Both the position numbers and the translations under genes were made by a program. A stretch of DNA of 64,000 nucleotides from a bacterium. GTDB lineage: Bacteria; Desulfobacterota; DSWW01. The stretch covers positions 30,014 through 94,013 of the forward strand of contig JBFLZG010000042.1 in NCBI GenBank assembly GCA_040756235.1, written 5' to 3'. The notes under the pieces are model-generated. The model did no database searches and was not told the DNA's origin. It was given only the letters and a program-made list of their open reading frames with translations. Position 1 is the first letter of the stretch, and the number at the start of each line of letters is the position of its first letter. Below, in pieces: positions 48,917 to 58,583 of this stretch.

Positions 48917-49681
48917 TTACTCTCCCTCCCGGATCTCCTCGATCAACCGCTCCAGCAGTTGTCTCTGGCCGGGGTCGGCGTTCGGGATCGCCCGCTCGAG
49001 CAGGGGGATCGCCCTCTTTCCAAAGTCTACCAGGGCCTGATATACGTAAATGCGAACGAACTCGCCTTCGTCTTGCAGGGAATGGATGAGCGGCAGGAGC
49101 GCCGTGTCGTCCCTGAGCCGTCCCAGGGCCCATGCGGCAGGCCCGCGCACCGTCGGCTGCGGGTCCGCCAGCCGGCGGACGAGAGCCGGGGCCGCCGGCC
49201 GATAGCGGCACTTGCCGAGGGTCAGGGCGGCGTGCATGCGAAGGCTGCTGTTGGCGTCTTCCAGAAAAAAGAGGACCCTCCCGAGCACAAGGTCCGGGAC
49301 GGTGCCGATGTCTCCAAGGGCTTCGATCGCCTTGTACCGGACCTGAAGGTCGGGGTCGTCCAGAAGCCGCGCAAAGGCATCGACGTATTCCGCGCGGCCG
49401 TAGCGGCCGAGGGCTGCCAGCGCCTCGGCCCGGACCGCTGCCGATTCGTCCTGCAAGAGGCCGGACAACGCGGCCGGCGGGCTCGCCAGGTCGAGCTTGC
49501 CGATCGCCTGGACCGCCCGCCAGCGGACCTTCGGCTCGGAATCCTCCAGGGCCCGTTCGAGGAAAGGCAGAAAGGAGGCGTCCCGTGAAAGGCCCATCTC
49601 GTAGGCCGCCTCGCCGCGCCGGGCCGGTTCCGGGTCCCGGATGGCCTCGATCAGGAGCTCCTTGCGAGCGCCGCTGTCCAT
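48917..49681 (-). CDS. HEAT-repeat protein
   Basis: Repeated L.D....VR..A..ALG units. Confidence 0.9.
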   Translation of the reverse strand: MDSGARKELLIEAIRDPEPARRGEAAYEMGLSRDASFLPFLERALEDSEPKVRWRAVQAIGKLDLASPPAALSGLLQDESAAVRAEALAALGRYGRAEYVDAFARLLDDPDLQVRYKAIEALGDIGTVPDLVLGRVLFFLEDANSSLRMHAALTLGKCRYRPAAPALVRRLADPQPTVRGPAAWALGRLRDDTALLPLIHSLQDEGEFVRIYVYQALVDFGKRAIPLLERAIPNADPGQRQLLERLIEEIREGE

Positions 49682-49783
49682 TTCAGATCCCTCGTCTCCC
49701 AGACTGGCTCTTGTCGCAATCGACTGGAGGATGGGCCTTCACAGTAAACCGTCATTCGCCGAAAAAGGCAATTCGAGGCGGCC

Positions 49784-50248
49784 ATGAAGACGCGCAAGAA
49801 GACTGCGGACAGAATCATCGGGCGGCTCCGGGCGGTGGGCTCGATCCGGACCGACGACGACCGCCAGATCCTCACGATCCTGCCCGTGTACCGTGAGGGC
49901 ATGCTGGGAATGGATGCGTTCTCGCACCTCTGGGTCCTCTACTGGTTTCACGAGAACGACGACCGCTCTTCGCGCTCGGTGCTCAAGGTCCACCCGCGCA
50001 AGGACCCCGCCAATCCCCTGACCGGCGTCTTCGGGACCCGATCGCCGATGAGGCCGAATCTCGTGGGCCTGGATCTCTGCCGCGTCCGAGAGGTCCGCAC
50101 AGAGACCGGTGAGGTGGTCGTAGAGGGTTGCCAGGCGCGCGATGGTACGCCCCTGGTGGACATCAAACCCTACCTGCCTCACTCCGACCGCGTCACGCCC
50201 GTGCGCCTGCCGGCCTGGGCCAGGAGGCGCCCCCGGCGGCAGCCCTGA
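49784..50248 (+). CDS. trmO: tRNA m6t6A37 methyltransferase TrmO (TsaA) family
   Basis: FSHLWVLYWFH, GVFGTRSPMRPN, DGTPLVDIKPY. Confidence 0.88.
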   Translation: MKTRKKTADRIIGRLRAVGSIRTDDDRQILTILPVYREGMLGMDAFSHLWVLYWFHENDDRSSRSVLKVHPRKDPANPLTGVFGTRSPMRPNLVGLDLCRVREVRTETGEVVVEGCQARDGTPLVDIKPYLPHSDRVTPVRLPAWARRRPRRQP

Positions 50249-50302
50249 GGAGCCGCGACGGCCGCGCACCAGTGGCCGCATGAGGTCGATCCCGCTCCCT
50301 AC

Positions 50303-50492
50303 GAGCCTGTCCAGGAATTCGGCTCCGGGAGGCTGTTCAGAAATGTCCAGATGCAAGGCGCGCGAAGTCCTGAGGAATGAGGCGTACATGAAAGTACGCC
50401 GCAATGACCCCGGCTTTCGCCGGGGCAGGCTGCCCCAGGACCTCCATGCCGCATGAGCGCAACGCCGCAGATGGGCATTTATGGACAGCCTC
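50303..50492 (+). mobile_element. MITE-like repeat, copy 4 (190 bp)
   Basis: Nearly identical to copy 1 but 39 bp longer internally; flanked by CTAC and CTAG. Confidence 0.8.
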
Positions 50493-50557
50493 CTAGCCGG
50501 GACGGAGCGAGGCCCTGGCTCTTGCACGTGAATACTCCGCGGGGGACTCGGTTCGCT

Positions 50558-51574
50558 TCAGGCACTTTTCAGAGTCCTGTCTTTCGTCCGTTTCTTGGGC
50601 TCATAGATCTGCGCCAATTCCTGGGCTTCCCGCCCGAGCTCGTCCCGGAGCGACTTGGGCTCCAGGACCTCGGCGCCCGACCCCCAGCCCATGATCCACT
50701 GCTTGATCTCCTGGGTGCCGGCCACCTCGACCTCAAAGACGATGGAGCCATCCTTGCGTTCCCGGATTTGCTGGCTCTCGTGCCAGATCTTCTCCTTGAT
50801 GTAGCCTGCGACCTCGGCAGAGAACCTGATCCTGACCTTCCGGGGCTCGCCGCGAAACACTCCGAAGCTCGGCTTCATGAATTTGCCGAGGTCGAAGTCC
50901 TCCGGGACTTCGAAGGACTCGGGCGTCTTGTGCAGCATCTTGATGCGGTCGAGGGCGAAGATCCTGACCTCTTTGCGCAGGTGGCAGTAGCCGATGAGAT
51001 AGAACGTGCCGTTGAAGAAGAGGACGCGGTACGGGTCGACCTTGCGCGAGGTCTCTTTTCTGCGCCCCATGGTGAAATAGACCATGTCGATCGATTTCTT
51101 CTCCAGGGCTGCCTCGTTGACGCAGTTGATGGTTTCCTTGAACCTGTCGTACTCCTGGTACGGCCTGAGCTCGACGTGGAGCGTTTTCTCGACGCTCGAA
51201 AGATAGCGGAGCGACTCAGGGGGCAGCGTGGTCTTGATCTTCTGGAAGAGCGATTCCAAGGAATCATGGAAGAAGGTGCCTTTGAGGATCTTCAGTATGT
51301 CGCTGCTGAAGTACAGCGCCATGAGCTCCGGCAGGCTGAAAGGGATCGGGATGTGGTGCTTGAGCGTGTCCAGCACCGACCAGTGGTTCTTGCCCTCCAC
51401 TTGTTCGGTGTAGATGGGGAACCCGGCATACTGCAATGCCTCGAGATCCCGATAGACCGTTCTCGGGTGGCAGTCGAGATCCGCTGCCAGCTCTCCCACG
51501 GACTTGCCCCTCTTGGAGGAAATCAGGGTCTGCATGATGATCCACTGCCTCGCCAACTGGTCTCCCCTGGCCAT
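50558..51574 (-). CDS. WYL-domain transcriptional regulator (HTH-WYL-WCX)
   Basis: HTH ELAADL.CHPRTVYRDL, RKVDPY..FYLIGYC..RIFALDRI, WCX WIMGWG..EVLEP..LR. Confidence 0.95.
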   Translation of the reverse strand: MARGDQLARQWIIMQTLISSKRGKSVGELAADLDCHPRTVYRDLEALQYAGFPIYTEQVEGKNHWSVLDTLKHHIPIPFSLPELMALYFSSDILKILKGTFFHDSLESLFQKIKTTLPPESLRYLSSVEKTLHVELRPYQEYDRFKETINCVNEAALEKKSIDMVYFTMGRRKETSRKVDPYRVLFFNGTFYLIGYCHLRKEVRIFALDRIKMLHKTPESFEVPEDFDLGKFMKPSFGVFRGEPRKVRIRFSAEVAGYIKEKIWHESQQIRERKDGSIVFEVEVAGTQEIKQWIMGWGSGAEVLEPKSLRDELGREAQELAQIYEPKKRTKDRTLKSA

Positions 51575-51712
51575 GACTCCCCTCCTGTGAAAACCAAGAA
51601 ACCTGCTCCAACCTAACGAAGATCAAACCCGTTTTCAACAGAGTGATGGCGGTACGGGGAAGAGCACGTCCTCGCGTGAGACCCGCAGTTTTTTTCTCGA
51701 GAGCGCCGAGCC

Positions 51713-51748
51713 CCTGTGACCGTATCTGTCAAACCCGTCCGGTACACT
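51713..51748 (+). promoter_or_regulatory. Palindromic operator A plus -10 box
   Basis: CCTGTGACCGTATCTGTCAAAC (TGAC-N7-GTCA), 11 bp, TACACT. Confidence 0.75.
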
Positions 51749-51784
51749 CGCGCATAAGATCTACAGAGAAAGGAGCGGATCACC

Positions 51785-52783
51785 ATGGAGACAGTCATCC
51801 GGAGCTATCTGCAGGAGACCAGGATCGGAGGACGGCAGGACTACAAGAACCTCACTGTTTTTCCTCTTCTTTCGGCGCAGGCTGCGACCCTGGACTACTT
51901 GACCCTGGACGAGGCGCTGGCCGCGAATCTCATCGAGATCACGGAGATCGACGCGGGCGGCTCGGTGCCGGAGCTCAAGCTTCTCAACAAGTCTCCCAGG
52001 AAGGTGCTCATCTTCGACGGCGAGGAGCTGGTCGGCGCCAAGCAGAACCGCATCGTGAACACCACGATCATCGTGGCAGGGAAGGCGACCACCGTGATCC
52101 CCGTGAGCTGCGTGGAGGCGGGGAGGTGGTCGTACAAGAGCGCCCGCTTCCACAGCGAGCAGAGGATCATGTCCGCGGATCTCAGGGCCATGAAGGCCAG
52201 GCATGTTCAGGAGTCGGTCCGCGCCTCGGGACAGTTCCTGTCCAATCAGGGCGCCATCTGGGAGGGAATCGACGAGAAGGCGCGGCGCATGAAGGCCGTC
52301 TCCCCGAGCATGGCCATGTCCGAGATCTACCAGAGACAGGTGCCCTCCCTGCAGGAATACACGGCCCGTTTCGAGGCGGTCGCAGAGCAGGTGGGAGCGG
52401 TCTTTGTCATCAACGGGAAGGTGGTCGGACTGGACAGCTTCGGCAATCCGGAGACCTTCTCCAAGATGTCCGGCAAGCTCCTGGCGAGCTACGCCCTGGA
52501 CGCGATCGACTGGCTCGATCCGGCAAAGGAGCGGCTGCAAGTCGAGGAGAGCCAGGCCGTGGAGCTCCTCGACGGGTGCAAGGCCGCCAGCGTCGAGTCC
52601 CGGGCGTCCGTGGGATTGGGAACGGACTGCCGTCTCGGGGCGGACGGGCTGACCGGGTTCGCCCTCGTCCTGGACGGGCAGGTCCTGCACCTTGCCGCTT
52701 TCAGCGGCGGCAGAAAGACGGCCGGCTCGCCCGGCGACTCTAAAATGAGCAGGTTCTCGGCAAGGCGGAGAAGTCGTCTTTGA
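51785..52783 (+). CDS. DUF6569/ARPP-1-like protein
   Basis: NLTVFPL..YLTLDEAL..EITE..GGSVPEL..DGEELVGAKQNRIVN..PVSCVEAGRW..QGAIW; RBS AAGGAG. Confidence 0.8.
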   Translation: METVIRSYLQETRIGGRQDYKNLTVFPLLSAQAATLDYLTLDEALAANLIEITEIDAGGSVPELKLLNKSPRKVLIFDGEELVGAKQNRIVNTTIIVAGKATTVIPVSCVEAGRWSYKSARFHSEQRIMSADLRAMKARHVQESVRASGQFLSNQGAIWEGIDEKARRMKAVSPSMAMSEIYQRQVPSLQEYTARFEAVAEQVGAVFVINGKVVGLDSFGNPETFSKMSGKLLASYALDAIDWLDPAKERLQVEESQAVELLDGCKAASVESRASVGLGTDCRLGADGLTGFALVLDGQVLHLAAFSGGRKTAGSPGDSKMSRFSARRRSRL

Positions 52784-52906
52784 TTCAGGCTTGCCAACGG
52801 GTGTATGAGAGCCGCGACTCGTCCTAACGTAATCAGGGCGACCCGTTCCGGGCAGGTGCGACCGGGGCGCTCGACGAGGCGTGGCAACAGACGGCCTGAC
52901 CGCTGC

Positions 52907-52988
52907 GTCATCCCCGGCCAAGGCCGCGGGCGGCCGCGAGCCGGGATCCACCGAAGCAGTGGGATTCCCGCTTTCCGCGGGAATGGCA
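52907..52988. repeat. REP-like inverted pair
   Basis: GTCATCCCCGGC..GCCGGGATCCA and GGATTCCCGCTTTCCGCGGGAATGGCA. Confidence 0.55.
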
Positions 52989-53394
52989 GGCCGCCTTTAA
53001 TGGATGGATGGACAAATCCGGAGGCCTGTCCACCCTGGCGTACCGGTGGAGTCCCGGTCGTGGCGATCCCTTGGTAACCGGGATGTCGGCAATCAATTCA
53101 CGGAATGCGCCACCGTACTTGTGCATAGCACCATGGAGGGCTCGTTGAAGAGGACCCGCTCGCCCATCACCGACCCTGCTCCCTCTGCGGAGGCTACCTC
53201 GAGCAGGACCGTCTGCTCGAGGACCGGGCACATCTACGACGACTGCGGCCGCAAGCAGGGGGGGTGACGAGGTCCGACCGGGTGCTCGACGGGCGAACCA
53301 ACGTATTCGACCACCGTGGTGAAAGGGAAGGGTACCTCGAAAACGATCGGCTCGATCCGGACAGAACGAAGATCCGGTGCGAGTAATTGGACTG

Positions 53395-53525
53395 GAGGGG
53401 AGGTGCTGGGAAATCTCTCCGCCAAGACCCAGATCATCTTCTTCAGCCACCATGACCGCCTGGTCGAGCTGACGCGGAAAGCTTCTCCCGGCGATATTCT
53501 GTCATTGGACGAATGCCACATGAAT
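53395..53525 (+). pseudogene. Remnant of the C-terminus of an SMC/YhaN-like ABC ATPase
   Basis: EVLGNLSAKTQIIFFSHHDRLVEL resembles an H-loop region; upstream Walker motifs absent. Confidence 0.5.
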
Positions 53526-53736
53526 CCGAAGGACAACGGATTCTCTTGTCCGCCCGGGCCACGGCAGGAGTGTCGTCACCCCAAGAAAGAGGTTCATTCA
53601 AAAGGGCTGGATAAAGAAATCCTCTTGCTTTGAACCGTTCCATTCGTATACTGCTACTCTGAAAATTATTTCTCTTGGGATAACGCGGTTCATCTTTTCA
53701 TCTGACTGCTGCTTCGGCCTTCTCGATTTTTTTTGA

Positions 53737-53772
53737 CCTGTGACCGGATCTGTCAAACGGTCACTGTATGAT
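53737..53772 (+). promoter_or_regulatory. Palindromic operator B plus -10 box
   Basis: CCTGTGACCGGATCTGTCAAAC (21/22 identical to operator A), 11 bp, TATGAT. Confidence 0.75.
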
Positions 53773-53782
53773 CACAGTCATC

Positions 53783-54295
53783 ATGAGGACGGTATACGCT
53801 GCCCTTGACGTTGAGACCACGGGCTTACACCCGACGCGTGGACACCGGGTAATCGAGATCGGGGTGGTCCTTGTCCGCGATGGAGTCATCGCCGGGGAGT
53901 TCCAGAGCCTGATTCACTGCGACAGGGACATGACCAAAGCGGCTCAGCGCATCCACGGCATTTCGGCAGCCATGCTCCATGGCCAGCCGACGCCCAGGGA
54001 GGTCTTCGAGGCCTTCCGGAACTTTATTGGGAATGCCCTGCTGGTGGCGCACAACGCCCCGTTCGACCGCGGTTTCCTGCAGCGCGAGTTCAGCCTTTTC
54101 GGCTGGCGCATGGCAAACCGGATGTCGTGCACCCTCGAGCTCAGCCGCCAGCTCCTGCCGCAGCTGCCAAACCATCGGCTTGAGACAGTTGCCCGGCACC
54201 TGTTCGGCGAACTCCCGGAAGGGAATATGCCTCACCGTGCATTAAGCGATGCCCGGCTCACGGCCCGGATCTGGGCTGCGTTGAAGGAGAGGTGA
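53783..54295 (+). CDS. DEDDh (DnaQ-like) 3'-5' exonuclease
   Basis: LDVETTG, AHNAPFD, HRALSDA. Confidence 0.93.
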   Translation: MRTVYAALDVETTGLHPTRGHRVIEIGVVLVRDGVIAGEFQSLIHCDRDMTKAAQRIHGISAAMLHGQPTPREVFEAFRNFIGNALLVAHNAPFDRGFLQREFSLFGWRMANRMSCTLELSRQLLPQLPNHRLETVARHLFGELPEGNMPHRALSDARLTARIWAALKER

Positions 54296-54451
54296 CTCCG
54301 GAATGAAGGCTCTTCTCCCTGTTGACCGAGATCGTCGACGGTACCCTATTCGGCGAAAAGATCACCGGAACCGGGCCGGCCGCACCGGGAAGGTGTATGA
54401 CGGCGGCGAGGGGGCGCACGCGTGCGGACGGGCGGCCGTGCAGGGGGTCGT

Positions 54452-56998
54452 ATGACACATTTCTGGGCCAAGACAACTGCGGATGGGAGACCCGGCATTT
54501 CCGTTGCCGACCACATGCTGAATGTCGGGCATGTGGCCAGATGTGTCGCTGAGATGTCTCCCGGGCTCCTCGAACGGTTTCGGCTGCAACCCGATGAGGT
54601 GGCCTTTCTGGCCGCCCTCCACGATCTCGGCAAGATCTCTCCCGGGTTTCAGCGCAAGTGTGATGCCTGGCTTCGGTGCCAAGGTTTGGAGAAGGTCGCC
54701 CGCAACGGCTGTTGGGACACGACCATGGAACCGGATCATGGCAAGGTCTCTCACTCGGCTGCGCAGTCCTTTCTGGTCGGGATCGGATGGGATCGGAAAT
54801 CGGCCAAGTTTTTGGCTGCCGTGCTCGGCGGACATCATGGGCGCCTCAATCGTCCCGATGACCGGGGCTACAGTCCGGAGAAGCTCATGTCCGATTCCGC
54901 GAGCCGGATCGACTGGGATGCCGAGCGGATGGCGGCTGCCAGGACGGTGTGGCATCACTTCGGCGAGTGCAGGCTTTCAGCCTCGCTGACGGACGATTCG
55001 CCCGCCCTTTGGTGGCTAGCCGGGGTCACATCTGTTGCCGACTGGATTGGGTCCGACGAACGTTTCTTCCCTCCCCAGGAGAGATCGGCGCACGAGGACC
55101 TTCGGACCCTTGCCCGCCAGGCCCTCGATGCGATCAGTTTTTCCCCGCCCGTTCTGAAGAAGGGCCTGTCGTTTGAGGCTCTCTTTGATGTCCCGCCCAA
55201 TGAGATGCAGGAAAAGGCTCTGGGCATAATCACCGGCCCGGGAGTCTACGTGATCGAAGCTCCGACCGGTATGGGCAAGACAGAAGCAGCTCTGGGGGCC
55301 GCATATGGTCTACTGAGGGCAGCGAAGGCAAACGGCATCTACTTTGCTCTTCCCACACAGGCCACAAGCAACCGGATGCACCTTCGGATGGATCAGTTTA
55401 TCCAGCGGATATCTCCTCACACACCGACCGCCCGTCTCATCCACGGGAATTCCTGGCTCATGGAGCAGACTGTGAGTTTGCATCCCGTGGAGACCTTCCC
55501 GATGGCCGCCGCCGCGGGCGACGCTCGAGCAGGGAGGGACTGGTTCTTCTCGACCAAGCGGGCGCTTCTCGCCCCCTTTGGGGTCGGTACGGTGGATCAG
55601 GCACTGCTCGGCATGGTGGCTGCCAGGCATTTCTTTGTTCGGCACTTTGCGCTCGCCGGCAAGGTGGTCGTCCTCGATGAAGTACACAGCTACGACCTTT
55701 ACACGGGAACGCTGATTGACAAGCTCGTCACCACCCTCGAGGCACTGGGCTGCACCGTGATCGTACTGTCCGCGACGCTGGCCGGCAGGCGGCGCGGGAG
55801 AATCGTCTCTCTGTCCGGCGATGGCTTTGAGGGATTGAACGAACCCTATCCGCTCATTACCGGACGAAGCAAAGGCGAGAGCCTCCTACCCGTGGTCGCG
55901 GCACAGCCGGAGTCGAAGCGCATACGAATTACCTTTGAGACAGTCGAGAAGGCCACAGCAGAGGCCATGCATCTTGCCCGGAAAGGGGGGGCGGTGCTCT
56001 GGATCTGCAACACCGTTGGTGCGGCCCAACAGCAATACCGCCGGTTCATCGAATCGGCCTCGAACGCGGTCCCGGTCGGCCTGCTTCATTCGCGTTTCCC
56101 CTTCTGGAGGCGAGAGGAACTGGAAGCCGAATGGATGGGACGGTTCGGAAAAGACGGGAGGACGCGGTGCGGTTCCGTTCTTGTTTCCACTCAGGTTGTA
56201 GAGCAGAGCGTCGACCTGGATGCCGATCTCCTGGTCACTGAACTGGCGCCCACAGACATGCTCCTGCAGCGGCTTGGGCGCCTCTGGCGGCATGAACGGG
56301 GGGAGCGGGCTGCCGATGAACCTCGTATGCTGGTTATCGCCGAGGAGACGGATCTCGAACGCTTCCGCCATATGGAATCGAAGGAGATCGTGAAAGCTCT
56401 CGGGGGAAAGGCCAGGGTGTATGCACCGTATATCCTTCTCCGGTCTCTGGAGATCTGGCAAGCAGCTGGGGAGGTGTCGATACCCACACAAGTACGATAC
56501 TTGATTGAATCCACGTACACGGAACAGGAAACGGAGCCGGCCTCCTGGCAGCAACTCGCCGGTGAATGGTTCGGGACGGATTCGGCGAAGAGAATGCTTG
56601 CGCTCCGAAACAGCAATCTCTGGCAGGTCGCCCTTGATGACAGGGAAGGCGTGCAGACGCGGGTAAACGAAATGCCCACACTTGCACTTGTGCTCTGCAG
56701 GTCGCTCGGCAGGAATGAGGCAGAATTTCTGGATCATTCGCAAGGTCGCATTGGGGAGAATTCGTACCACTTCGCCACTGCACAGGCGATTCACAGGAAT
56801 CTGGTGAGGATTCCCAGGTACTGCTTCGACCAACTCGCGGGTTGCCCGATGTTTGCCGAATATCTTCAGGGCGATCAGTGTGCCGGCATCGTTGCAGAGA
56901 ACGGAACTGTCGATGCGGAGGGACTCCGGAAAGACGTGCGGCTTGAATACGCACACGCGCTGGGTCTTGTCATCGAGGAACAGGCGCAAAGGAGGTGA
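54452..56998 (+). CDS. cas3: CRISPR-associated HD nuclease/helicase Cas3
   Basis: FWAK..H, LHDLGK, HHG, APTGMGKTEAA, DEVH, LHSRF, QRLGRLWRH. Confidence 0.97.
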   Translation: MTHFWAKTTADGRPGISVADHMLNVGHVARCVAEMSPGLLERFRLQPDEVAFLAALHDLGKISPGFQRKCDAWLRCQGLEKVARNGCWDTTMEPDHGKVSHSAAQSFLVGIGWDRKSAKFLAAVLGGHHGRLNRPDDRGYSPEKLMSDSASRIDWDAERMAAARTVWHHFGECRLSASLTDDSPALWWLAGVTSVADWIGSDERFFPPQERSAHEDLRTLARQALDAISFSPPVLKKGLSFEALFDVPPNEMQEKALGIITGPGVYVIEAPTGMGKTEAALGAAYGLLRAAKANGIYFALPTQATSNRMHLRMDQFIQRISPHTPTARLIHGNSWLMEQTVSLHPVETFPMAAAAGDARAGRDWFFSTKRALLAPFGVGTVDQALLGMVAARHFFVRHFALAGKVVVLDEVHSYDLYTGTLIDKLVTTLEALGCTVIVLSATLAGRRRGRIVSLSGDGFEGLNEPYPLITGRSKGESLLPVVAAQPESKRIRITFETVEKATAEAMHLARKGGAVLWICNTVGAAQQQYRRFIESASNAVPVGLLHSRFPFWRREELEAEWMGRFGKDGRTRCGSVLVSTQVVEQSVDLDADLLVTELAPTDMLLQRLGRLWRHERGERAADEPRMLVIAEETDLERFRHMESKEIVKALGGKARVYAPYILLRSLEIWQAAGEVSIPTQVRYLIESTYTEQETEPASWQQLAGEWFGTDSAKRMLALRNSNLWQVALDDREGVQTRVNEMPTLALVLCRSLGRNEAEFLDHSQGRIGENSYHFATAQAIHRNLVRIPRYCFDQLAGCPMFAEYLQGDQCAGIVAENGTVDAEGLRKDVRLEYAHALGLVIEEQAQRR

Positions 56999-56999
56999 C

Positions 57000-58583
57000 A
57001 TGAACGTTGCATTCGATTCGTGGATACCGGTGGTGACGACCACGGGCGAACAAAATCTGACGAGCCTTTGTGACGTACTCGCCGAGGGCCGGCAGTATGC
57101 CGATCTGGCGGTCCGCCCCCACGAGCGGGTCGCCCTGATGCGGCTCCTTCTCTGCGTATCCCATGCCGGCCTGGATGGCCCCAGGGATTACGACGAGTGG
57201 CGCCACGTGCCGAGTCGGCTGCCTGAGGCAGTTCGGGAGTATCTCTCGAAGTGGAAAGAGTCATTTGAGTTGTTCCATCCGACAAGGCCGTGGCTACAGG
57301 TGGCTGGGCTCGAAAAGAACGGGGATGGTCCAGCTTCGGATCTCCTGATCCGGGGCTGGACACTGGTCTCCAAGCTCAACTTTTCCTTTGCTACAGGAAA
57401 CAATACGACTCTTCTGGATCATGCGGGTTTGGCAGCGGATCGCACGTTCGAGATCGGTGAAACCCTTCTCTGGATGCTGACTTTCCAGTGTTTTTCGCCG
57501 GGCGGGTTGATCGCCCAGGTATACTGGAATTCCAGGGTGACCGGGAAATCCTCGAAAGATGCTCCCTGTGTCCAGGCATCCATGATCCATGCCTTTCTCC
57601 GGGGTGCGACGGTCCAGGAAACGATCCATCTCAATCTGCCGACCCATGAAGACATCCGCCTCATCTATGGGGACCGGGCGATCGGGAAACCCGTCTGGGA
57701 GATGATGCCCGCCTCTATGGAAGATGCGGCTGCCGTGGACAACGCGACAGCTACCTATGTGGGGCGGTTGGTACCCATGACGCGGCTCATCCGTCTGGAT
57801 CCTTTCGGCGCCAGAATGCTGCTGGGGGACGGTCTTGTTTACCCGGTTTTCGCGAGCGGGTTTCCGCCGGAGCCCTCAGCAACCGTCATGACCAGAAGGC
57901 GCGGGGGAAAGGATGAGGAGAGAGCCCTACTCTCCTACCGACCGTCGGAAGCGATCTGGCGCGAGCTCCCGGCCATGGTCGTCAAGAGGAATGCTGGAGG
58001 CCTCGGCGGCCCGTTGTGTCTTGGATCTCTTCGGGACGGCGAGGACTGTGACCTTGTTGCCGCAGCACTCGCACGAGACCGGGCAAAGGCAACAATTCTT
58101 GACAGCACGGAATCGGTCTTTCACGTCCCCTCACGCCTTCGTTCCTCCGAGGGAGCCGCAGCCTATGAGTCGGAGGTTAAGACGGCGGAGAACCTGGCGA
58201 GCCGTCTTGGATGGGCGGTCGAGACATACCGGCAGGAAACGGACCAGGGCTGGGAAGGGCGCCTCAAGGCAGCCGGCCCTGGGAAGGGCGAACTGAAAGC
58301 GAAGCTTCGCTCCCTTGCCGCCACCCATTTCTGGACCACGGTTGAAAGAAATGTGCCGCTGCTGATGGCACACGTCCAGGCGGTCGGGACGGAGGCTGCC
58401 GATCCCACCCGCAAGGCATGGAGGAAGATGCTCACTGCAGCCGCTTTGGAATCGTTCCGTGCCGCTTGCGGCCAGAGCACCCCGCGCCAGATGCGCGCCT
58501 TTGCAAAGGGCTGGCAGAGACTGGCGGGAGGGCCGGGCGAGCCTGAAGCAGACACCCCCAAGAGCAAGGAGGAGAATGCATGA
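57000..58583 (+). CDS. cse1: Type I-E large subunit Cas8e (Cse1/CasA)
   Basis: MN....WIPV, FELFHPTRPWLQ; position after cas3. Confidence 0.9.
   Translation: MNVAFDSWIPVVTTTGEQNLTSLCDVLAEGRQYADLAVRPHERVALMRLLLCVSHAGLDGPRDYDEWRHVPSRLPEAVREYLSKWKESFELFHPTRPWLQVAGLEKNGDGPASDLLIRGWTLVSKLNFSFATGNNTTLLDHAGLAADRTFEIGETLLWMLTFQCFSPGGLIAQVYWNSRVTGKSSKDAPCVQASMIHAFLRGATVQETIHLNLPTHEDIRLIYGDRAIGKPVWEMMPASMEDAAAVDNATATYVGRLVPMTRLIRLDPFGARMLLGDGLVYPVFASGFPPEPSATVMTRRRGGKDEERALLSYRPSEAIWRELPAMVVKRNAGGLGGPLCLGSLRDGEDCDLVAAALARDRAKATILDSTESVFHVPSRLRSSEGAAAYESEVKTAENLASRLGWAVETYRQETDQGWEGRLKAAGPGKGELKAKLRSLAATHFWTTVERNVPLLMAHVQAVGTEAADPTRKAWRKMLTAAALESFRAACGQSTPRQMRAFAKGWQRLAGGPGEPEADTPKSKEENA

Noticed and set aside
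52897..52910. Third copy of the WYL-type operator (TGACCGCTGCGTCA)
   Set aside because: Spacing is N6 rather than N7, flanks differ and no -10 box follows.
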